Source: a virus (taxonomy: Duplodnaviria; Caudoviricetes). From it: 64,000 nucleotides of DNA. Position 1 is the stretch's first letter, and each line of letters begins with the position of its first letter. The position numbers were made by a program, and so were the translations under genes. The stretch covers positions 192,001 to 256,000 of IMG/VR virus record IMGVR_UViG_3300048861_000178; one strand, given 5' to 3'. Below, one piece after another: positions 58,101 through 64,000 of the stretch. The notes beneath the pieces are model-generated. The model made no database searches and was not told the origin of the DNA. It was given only the letters and a program-made list of their open reading frames with translations.

Positions 58101-59683
58101 TGCGGATCAAGGGCTACGAGCGCATGGCCGGTGCCGTGTATGCTGAACTGATTCGGGCGATTCGGATTCATAACGGACGGCCGGGCAAGAACAAGCATCC
58201 GATCGACCTGAACCCGTACGCAGTCTGGACGGCGATTCAGACCGACCCGGCCAAGAACCAGGTGTCGGACATCAACCCGGTGGAAAACCTGAAGGACGTG
58301 GAAGCAGTCACATTCTCGGGCACAGGGGGTCGAGGCAGCCGCTCGATGACGAAGCGCACGCGCCAGTACCATCGCAACGACATGGGGACTATCTCTGAGT
58401 CGACGAAGGACAGCTCGGACGTGGCCATCAACACCTACCTGTCAGCGGACCCGCAGTTTAATTCGCTGCGTGGGACGTCCAATCCGTACGAGATTGGGGT
58501 GACGGGTGCGACTGCTCTGCTCTCAACTGCCGCGCTCTTGTCACCGGGCTCGGATCGCGATGATGCGAAGCGGGTGAACTTCGTGGGGATTCAGCATTCT
58601 CACGGGATTGCCTGCGCGGGTTACACGCAAGCCTCGGTGCGCACTGGGTATGAACAGGTGCTCGCTCACCGGACCTCGGACCTCTACGCTTACACGGCCA
58701 AGAAGGACGGCAAGGTGATCAGTGTCTCGGACACCGGCATGGTGATCGAGTACGCTGATGGTACGCGCAAGGGAATCGAGCTGGGGCGTCGCTATGGTAA
58801 CGCAGCGGGTCTTACCGTTGCGCATGAAGTGGTGGCAGACGTGCAGGAAGGACAGACGTTTAAGGCAGGCGACCTCTTGTGTCACAACACGGGATTCTTC
58901 GAGCGTGATACGCTCAATCCGAATCAGGTGGTGTGGAAGGCTGGGACGATTGTCAAGACGGTTCTGTTGGAGTCGACCGATACCCTGGAAGACTCCTCGG
59001 CGATTAGCAAACGGGTGTCGGGTCTCTTGACCACGAAGACCACCAAGGTGCGTAAGATCGTGGTGAACTTCGATCAAGCCGTGCATCGGTTGGTGAAAAC
59101 CGGCCAGCGCGTGGGCAGCGAGGACATCTTATGCATAATCGAGGACGCGGTCACCGCGAACAATCACCTCTTTGATGAGGAGTCGCTGGACACCTTGCGC
59201 AATCTGTCTGCTCAGGTGCCGCTCTCCAAGACCAAAGGCGTGGTCGAGCGCATTGAAGTCTTCTATCACGGGGACAAAGAGGACATGTCGGAGTCGCTGC
59301 GGCAACTGACGAACATGTCGGATCGTGAGATGGCGAAGCGCCATAAGTCCGCTGGACGAAAGGGCTTCACGGGAAGTACCGACGAGGGCTTCCGGGTCGA
59401 TGGAGAACCACTGGCGTTGGATACAGTGGCGATTCAGATCTACATCACGGCCGATGTGAGCGCAGGGGTCGGTGACAAGGGTGTGTTTGCCAACCAGATG
59501 AAGACGGTGTTCGGTAAGGTGATGGAGAACGAACTGAAGACGGAGTCGGGCACAGTCATCGACTGCGTATTCGGTTACAAGAGTGTCTACGATCGTATTG
59601 TGAATAGCCCTGCGATCATTGGCACCACCACTACCCTGCTGGACGTGATTGCCAAACGAGCAGTCGCTGCCTACAAGAGCTAA
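55145..59683 (+). CDS. rpoB: Virion RNA polymerase beta subunit, N-terminal/major part (phiKZ gp178-like)
   Basis: 1512 aa; D.PIRKI, G.GGR, ISE.T.DS, DDAKR, EDSSAIS, GDK...NQ.K.V; ATGA overlap with the beta-prime gene. Confidence 0.9.
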   Translation: MIFYNNFFRRFGVRTASQLTNPPMPKLDLLELPRESIFHYVSESAVDIGPRSDEFLFRHVARPIPIMHQIELLSDKGMPRRVAVPVETEIRKYHQHHRRFRRQINLNAALRDVNVPFVMNYGFLAGLYRYQRSMFAEYNRWYNIAATVWKRIGDLAKDSTRHQFIEIRLPKILPGLTDLRIASESLIEGDVLSYASEGIKLALESVDQEYLDLVQASPHYVDSVSMEAMNQRTLKVFHTPEALMLLELWKWAGDARHSSLIANVNDEHLDRVNLIFTESGRWFVVNLGVINRWRVATEEELAANPQANQKGLSPVQMQRRLLRMSMSLFQVRTDVGPEAEDAAQDEESIQAADAQDANADGVPEAQHYDPDEQFDADKGDEEDESLLPTFKQTGSLPKVDPITGEAILKPTAVKTNAATSTPTDEFTPTEKAEDFVFDPTEDAQIEKDLQELDKLSRQAVAVGAGEIPHPVEVVELNDVPQPEDGVIALLNRLADDGMVSAAEYRRFTQLAQSPKNLPAPKGEGNLHDFSQVQPHETKMDKSPSIKDIPTVLDKTMLKSSLLEFDQRYIETLLEKDVAGMVLALQNAGICVTSYEREEVDDVMGSYVMYHVRIVPVQGTASTLHFKLPLLQDDGTYMANGTRYRIRKQKGDMPIRKIAPDRVALTSYYGKVFVSRSEKRVNDRAQWLRNAIMAMGLDNENTTVVNLHPGDVFDNLFEAPRLYSSMSMGFRGFTVDSAHFPKKLNFLFDHSKRDKLYGPDVVKALEVGGRLVCGQAEGGEYIVMDREGDFFLATLKDGVSLVTGDAIPPLEELLDLEAKKAPVEFAELKVLGRTIPLAVVLGYQMGLEKLMRALKVTARRVNAGQRLNLQDNEYAIAFSDETLIFPRDNTFAAMILGGFNEFHRQIRNYSVFEFDRRGVYLNILEGNGRSERYLREIDLMYQMFIDPITREILQGMKEPLTFQGLLVRSVEMLLSDTHPDELDPKYMRIKGYERMAGAVYAELIRAIRIHNGRPGKNKHPIDLNPYAVWTAIQTDPAKNQVSDINPVENLKDVEAVTFSGTGGRGSRSMTKRTRQYHRNDMGTISESTKDSSDVAINTYLSADPQFNSLRGTSNPYEIGVTGATALLSTAALLSPGSDRDDAKRVNFVGIQHSHGIACAGYTQASVRTGYEQVLAHRTSDLYAYTAKKDGKVISVSDTGMVIEYADGTRKGIELGRRYGNAAGLTVAHEVVADVQEGQTFKAGDLLCHNTGFFERDTLNPNQVVWKAGTIVKTVLLESTDTLEDSSAISKRVSGLLTTKTTKVRKIVVNFDQAVHRLVKTGQRVGSEDILCIIEDAVTANNHLFDEESLDTLRNLSAQVPLSKTKGVVERIEVFYHGDKEDMSESLRQLTNMSDREMAKRHKSAGRKGFTGSTDEGFRVDGEPLALDTVAIQIYITADVSAGVGDKGVFANQMKTVFGKVMENELKTESGTVIDCVFGYKSVYDRIVNSPAIIGTTTTLLDVIAKRAVAAYKS

Positions 59684-59685
59684 CT

Positions 59686-59734
59686 GAGTGTGGTTGCCCT
59701 CATTGCGGTGAGGGTGACCTACTCGGCCTTTTTT
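59686..59734 (+). terminator. Intrinsic terminator
   Basis: GAGT..GGTTGCCCTCA...TGAGGGTGACC..ACTC stem followed by TTTTTT. Confidence 0.75.
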
Positions 59735-59775
59735 CACGTCCTTTCAACGTTTACGTCTACTAGACAGGAAAAGCT

Positions 59776-59973
59776 ATGCAATTGCAAGATTCGCATCGGA
59801 CCGTCGCAACACTTGGCAATGCCGCTGAGTTGGTTGCGGCTATCGTCCAGGGAGTCGTCGGTAACGACGTAGCGGACACCATCGACGGGTCGCCCCTCAC
59901 GCGCGGCACGATTTTCAATCTGGCTCAGCTCAAGTTCCAAGAGAGCGCGGGCAAAGTTCTGGGAGCCGAATAA
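59776..59973 (+). CDS. Small hypothetical protein
   Basis: AGGA RBS; ends 1 nt before the next gene. Confidence 0.65.
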   Translation: MQLQDSHRTVATLGNAAELVAAIVQGVVGNDVADTIDGSPLTRGTIFNLAQLKFQESAGKVLGAE

Positions 59974-59974
59974 C

Positions 59975-61429
59975 ATGCTGAGCATTCAAGCCCTCGAGAG
60001 CGCATTGCCGCTGGCCGAACGCTTTGACCAGCGCAAGCTGCTGGTGCTGCCGCGTGCGGACACGCCGCTGGAAATGCTGGTGAACCGCACCCGCAGTCCC
60101 GAAACCGTCACGTCCTCGCACGATGGCGTAACGATCAAGGTCGACCTGCAACAACTCGCGGCTTCGGCTGCGATCAAAGATCCGGTCTTTGGAGACTCGG
60201 ATCACGACAACGTGTTCGACCAGATCGCCGAAGTCTGTATCCCGGCGGTGCAGTCGCATGTGAAGTTTGCCAAGGAAGTCGTGGCTCCGGCCGTGGATGA
60301 TCTGGTGACGCGTGTAACCGATATTCTGTCGCAGCACACCCCGAGCCAACTGCTCGGCATGGAAGTGCGCATCGACGAACTGCCCGCGCCGCTCACGAAC
60401 ACCGCGTTCGACGCGATGGTGCGTAAGTTCGAAGAAACGCCGCTGGATTCCCCGGCGCTCAATTTCAACCTGCCGGATCAAACCGGTGCGGAAATCGTCG
60501 AACTGATGAAGACCGGTTCGGCTTCGCTCGATGCTGACATCGAACAGTTTGCGGCCACGCTGGGTGACGGCTGCCTGATCGACGTGTGGGCGAAAGCCTT
60601 CCAGCAACAGCAAGCCGACATCAACGACGCGCGCGTGCATCGCTTCGTCGATCTGCTCAATTCGCCCGACTGCGGGGTGGACAACGCCCTCATCATCTTC
60701 TTGCTCGCACGCAAGCTGATCGACAACCCGCTCGACGGGATCACGATGAGCCTGCAGCAGTACGAAACGTTGATGGCGGACTTCCGCGATCAAGCTGCGG
60801 CCTTCCTGTGCCGGGAACTGAATGCCTACGAGCAAGCCGAATCGGCAGGTGCGCTGGTGATCAGCCTCACCAGCAACGAGATCGTCGTCAACCCGCAGCT
60901 CTACAAGCAGTACATCGAGAACGGCGGCGAGAACGAAGTGCTCTTCGGGAATCTGCTGCAGTCGAACCCGTACGTGATGCTCGAGGACATCGAAGCGAAC
61001 GCTGGGACGCTCAAGCGTGCGTGGGACAACCATGCTGCGCTGACGGCCACGGTCGAAGCGAACCGCAAGTTCGCCCGTACCAAGGAAGCGCTCTCGACGG
61101 TGTTTCGTCGTCAGCTGCGTGAGCTCGCCGAGGAAGATCTCGCGAATCTCGACGTTGGTGCGACGACGGCCAAGTTCGATGAGCTGCTCGACGACGTGGT
61201 CGAGTCGGATCTGGAATGCCTCTACACGCTGGGCCTGAAGCTCGTGTGCCGCTCGCGTTTCTCGAAGACCGAAGCCGAGCGTATCCTCGCTGGGATCGAT
61301 CGCATCAAGAAGAAGAACCCGTCGCTCGAAGTGCGTGAAGCGGCCGCTATCTCGGTGATCGAATACGTCGCCTGGTGGGTCGGCTCGCAGCTGCAAGTGG
61401 TCGACGCGGGTTTCAAGCAATCCATCTAA
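59975..61429 (+). CDS. Probable head protein (phiKZ gp177-like)
   Basis: 484 aa acidic helical protein; syntenic between vRNAP beta and the protease; N-terminal ALE. Confidence 0.55.
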   Translation: MLSIQALESALPLAERFDQRKLLVLPRADTPLEMLVNRTRSPETVTSSHDGVTIKVDLQQLAASAAIKDPVFGDSDHDNVFDQIAEVCIPAVQSHVKFAKEVVAPAVDDLVTRVTDILSQHTPSQLLGMEVRIDELPAPLTNTAFDAMVRKFEETPLDSPALNFNLPDQTGAEIVELMKTGSASLDADIEQFAATLGDGCLIDVWAKAFQQQQADINDARVHRFVDLLNSPDCGVDNALIIFLLARKLIDNPLDGITMSLQQYETLMADFRDQAAAFLCRELNAYEQAESAGALVISLTSNEIVVNPQLYKQYIENGGENEVLFGNLLQSNPYVMLEDIEANAGTLKRAWDNHAALTATVEANRKFARTKEALSTVFRRQLRELAEEDLANLDVGATTAKFDELLDDVVESDLECLYTLGLKLVCRSRFSKTEAERILAGIDRIKKKNPSLEVREAAAISVIEYVAWWVGSQLQVVDAGFKQSI

Positions 61430-61444
61430 GCGCGGGGGTAAGTC

Positions 61445-62170
61445 ATGGACGTGAGTAAACTCATTCGCGATCCCAAACGGGTCCAGGCTTACCTCGAAGA
61501 ACTTCCAAACGGGAGCCTCGTGTGCAAGAAGCCGGTAAAGATCTATCTACCGGTGCGCTTCGCAGAACGGGGCCTCGCTCAGATCGGCATTGAAACCTAC
61601 ATTGTGGGGATCTATGCGATTGTCGTAGAAGATGTGTACTATGGCGTCTCCATGGTGAATGCCATGTTGCCCATCGAACCGACGGCGACCCTGAAGATAC
61701 AAATCGACGGGGATGAGTATTACGAGTTCAGCTTCGATGCGGGTAGCGTCGTGGTCACAAGCACGGATCTGGTGAAGACCGACGTGTTGGTGTACAAAAT
61801 CTACGACGAGATCATCTCGAAGGGCCGGGTACCTTGGTACTTGGGCTATCTGGAGCTCGGGAAAATCTTCGACACGGCGCTGTATCATGCCGGAGCCAAC
61901 ATCGGGGCCAACCAGGAAGTCACGGAGCTGATCATTTCGATGATCTCGCGCTCGGAGAAGGATCGCAACCAGTATTACCGGACCACGATCGAAGACCTCT
62001 CCCAGCTCAGCGTCGTGAAGCCTGCGTTCATTCCGCTGCGCTCAGTGCAGTACGCAGCGACCAATACGACCAACAAGCTTGCAGGGTCGTACTTTGGAGA
62101 TGCTCTGGTGTCTGCTCTCGTGAATCCGGCGGATCGCGTGGAGCGCATCGAGTCTCTCTTGCGAGCATAA
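61445..62170 (+). CDS. phiKZ gp176-like protein (reported as vRNAP-associated in relatives)
   Basis: RDP...GRVPWY...YR...KLAGSYF..ALVSALV...IESLLR; synteny. Confidence 0.6.
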   Translation: MDVSKLIRDPKRVQAYLEELPNGSLVCKKPVKIYLPVRFAERGLAQIGIETYIVGIYAIVVEDVYYGVSMVNAMLPIEPTATLKIQIDGDEYYEFSFDAGSVVVTSTDLVKTDVLVYKIYDEIISKGRVPWYLGYLELGKIFDTALYHAGANIGANQEVTELIISMISRSEKDRNQYYRTTIEDLSQLSVVKPAFIPLRSVQYAATNTTNKLAGSYFGDALVSALVNPADRVERIESLLRA

Positions 62171-62190
62171 GTCAACAAGTCGAGAACACA

Positions 62191-62991
62191 ATGGGCAATC
62201 AAATTCGATTCGCGTGTACGGCACTCGCGGCATCGAACAAGAGCGGGGTGTTGAAGAAAGACGACAACGGCTACTACGAACTAGTGGTCGGGGCGTTGAA
62301 CGTCTTCAACTCAATTGGTCAGTACTACGTGTACGATCAAGCCCGTGATCTGTTCGAGGGCTCGAGCACCTTCATGCGACGCGTGAAGCGCGGCGTGCTG
62401 CGCGGTGAGCTGGGTCATCCCAAGCCACTGCCTGGCATGAGTGAAGAGCAGTTTGCACAGCGCGTGATGTCGATCTATGAAGACAACGTGTGCTGCCACC
62501 ACAAGGAGATCTACCTGGATTTCGATCGGGTGAAAGATGACCACGGTAACCCCGTGATCGCTATCATCTCGCGCGTCTATCCGTCGGGTCCCCATGGCGA
62601 GCAGCTGCGTCGATCGCTGGACAATCCGAACGAGAACGTCTGCTTCTCGATTCGGGCGTTCACCGATGACTTCATGGACCGTGGCACCTGCAAGCGCATT
62701 TTGCGCACCATCGTCACCTGGGACCAAGTATTGGAACCCGGACTGGCGGCCGCCGAGAAGTTCAAGGCACCGGCACTGGAAGGAGCGCACGTGGGCGCGA
62801 GCGATCGCAACACGCTTGACTTTGACCACCTCTTTAGCCGGGGTCAGATCGAGCGCGGGATCAAGCGCAACTCGATGTACGGGGTGGCTCAGGAATCAGC
62901 CATCTTGACGGGGCAGGAACTGTTCTCAGCCATGGGTTGGGACACGACTGAAACCGAAGGGGCGAAGAAGCCCGCCTTCTTGCAGTGGTGA
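62191..62991 (+). CDS. Prohead (head maturation) serine protease (phiKZ gp175-like)
   Basis: LRGELGHP (His), NVCFSIR (Ser), TWDQVLEPG; C-terminal ALE/AQE self-cleavage-type sites. Confidence 0.85.
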   Translation: MGNQIRFACTALAASNKSGVLKKDDNGYYELVVGALNVFNSIGQYYVYDQARDLFEGSSTFMRRVKRGVLRGELGHPKPLPGMSEEQFAQRVMSIYEDNVCCHHKEIYLDFDRVKDDHGNPVIAIISRVYPSGPHGEQLRRSLDNPNENVCFSIRAFTDDFMDRGTCKRILRTIVTWDQVLEPGLAAAEKFKAPALEGAHVGASDRNTLDFDHLFSRGQIERGIKRNSMYGVAQESAILTGQELFSAMGWDTTETEGAKKPAFLQW

Positions 62992-63005
62992 CACCACCGT
63001 AAGTG

Positions 63006-63036
63006 AGCCCCAGGGGAAACCCTGGGGTTTATGCCG
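63006..63036 (+). terminator. Hairpin followed by TTATGCCG
   Basis: GCCCCAGGG-GAAA-CCCTGGGGT-TTATGCCG after the protease stop. Confidence 0.75.
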
Positions 63037-63078
63037 TTAAACCGTACAAAGACGCATGATTCAAAGATTTGTTAGACC

Positions 63079-63086
63079 TATATTAC
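63079..63086 (+). promoter_or_regulatory. Putative phiKZ-type early promoter (TATATTAC)
   Basis: Exact TATATTAC in an AT-rich intergenic region after a terminator. Confidence 0.55.
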
Positions 63087-63196
63087 TAACATGAGCAAAA
63101 CCAGAAGCACTCAAATGCGTGGATTATTTTACGTGTGTGCCTCCTGCTATGCGATAATGAAATCGCCCTAAACCTGAGGAATTTAGTACCCCCATC

Positions 63197-63682
63197 ATGG
63201 AAGATATTTCGAAAGTCATCCTGACCTTCAAAGACCAGCAGTACTCGCTGACCAAAGTCATGGCCAAAGCTGGCTCCGGTAGCATCGCTTCTGTCGAGGT
63301 GAAAGACATCAACTTCTCCGACGCAGCGCTTGCCATGATTGACCTCTCGCAAGACTGTCCGCAGTTCCATGGCGGCACGATCAGTTTCTTCAAACTCGAA
63401 GGCAAGTTCATCGTCTTCGGCGGGCGTGATCAAGTCAGTCGCGACCTTGCCAAAGGTAAGACCCACATCTCCGGCCACATCCTTTCCAGTCCCGCGCTCA
63501 AAGCTGCGCGCATCGACACGCCGGTGGCACCAGCCCCGGCGGCAGTGGAAGCATTGGCCGACAAGTTCAACTCGGTGCCCTCCAACCGCACTGAGGTGAG
63601 AACGCCGCGGAAGCCGTACGGGAGCCGCCCGACGATTTCTCGGCAGCCTTCCGGCGGCAACCAGTACGCTCGAAGCAAGTAG
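63197..63682 (+). CDS. Hypothetical protein
   Basis: GAGGA upstream; ILSSPALKAAR motif; basic C-terminal tail. Confidence 0.7.
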   Translation: MEDISKVILTFKDQQYSLTKVMAKAGSGSIASVEVKDINFSDAALAMIDLSQDCPQFHGGTISFFKLEGKFIVFGGRDQVSRDLAKGKTHISGHILSSPALKAARIDTPVAPAPAAVEALADKFNSVPSNRTEVRTPRKPYGSRPTISRQPSGGNQYARSK

Positions 63683-63750
63683 TAGTTCTTGAGCTCAAGG
63701 ACTCCAGTAGTCACTCTCTTTCTTAAATCCGATAAACAAGGAAATGCATC

Positions 63751-64000
63751 ATGACCACGACTGTTAAAGAATCCATCGTCTTCAAGCCGGAAACGCGTGA
63801 ACTGGCCGACAAGATCAAGCAGCACATCAAGCTCGATCCGAAGACCGGCCTCGCCGATCCGGAAAAGCTGAAGGGCGTGTACGTCGAACTGCTGCCCGAA
63901 GGCGTGAGCGCCGACACCGTGCTGGCAATCGACAACCACAACACGCGCTTCGCCGCCGCATCGTTCCTGGCACTCGGCGAAACCGGCGTCGACTTCTTCA
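63751..64000 (+). CDS. Hypothetical protein, truncated by the window end
   Basis: AAGGA RBS; MTTTVKESIVFKPETRELADKIK..., open to the end of the window. Confidence 0.65.
   Translation, partial: MTTTVKESIVFKPETRELADKIKQHIKLDPKTGLADPEKLKGVYVELLPEGVSADTVLAIDNHNTRFAAASFLALGETGVDFF

Noticed and set aside
53520-59683. Introns or inteins in the RNAP genes
   Set aside because: Both ORFs are continuous and I saw no intein terminal or LAGLIDADG motifs
61834-62190. N-terminal extension of the protease ORF
   Set aside because: Overlaps the gp176-like gene out of frame; ATG 62191 gives the expected protease start
6562-63036. Interpreting the CATAA-hairpin-TATG elements as REP/MITE or CRISPR repeats
   Set aside because: Stems differ in sequence and length, there is no regular spacing, transposase or target duplication, and all sit at gene ends
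1-64000. tRNA, rRNA, CRISPR arrays, or alternative genetic code
   Set aside because: No cloverleaf or repeat-spacer pattern seen by eye; genes are full length under the standard code and end in TAA, TGA and TAG

Overview
A 64 kb segment of a phiKZ-like (Chimalliviridae-type) jumbo myovirus genome. It is densely coding and moderately GC-rich. The host cannot be determined from the sequence. It carries much of the conserved virion and replication core: portal, baseplate/tail proteins, RuvC, spanin-like pair, two tail-fibre-like proteins (one with an S74 chaperone and a gp38-like partner), SbcC, central spike, RNase H, UvsX, three split virion RNA polymerase subunits, a giant tail protein with a GH19 lysozyme-like domain, and the prohead protease. 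Most notable observations: (1) a cluster of five paralogous small proteins at 9-3860 that look like degenerate P-loop domains, next to a protein with an intact Walker A; (2) a dispersed, strand-oriented family of gene-end hairpins followed by YTATG(A/C)CG, mostly without a U-tract; (3) a CYTH-domain protein with head-protease-type motifs and a long acidic tail; (4) an in-frame GIY-YIG/RNase H ORF. I saw no tRNA, rRNA or CRISPR array. phiKZ gene numbers are given from recalled family knowledge and synteny, not from a database search.
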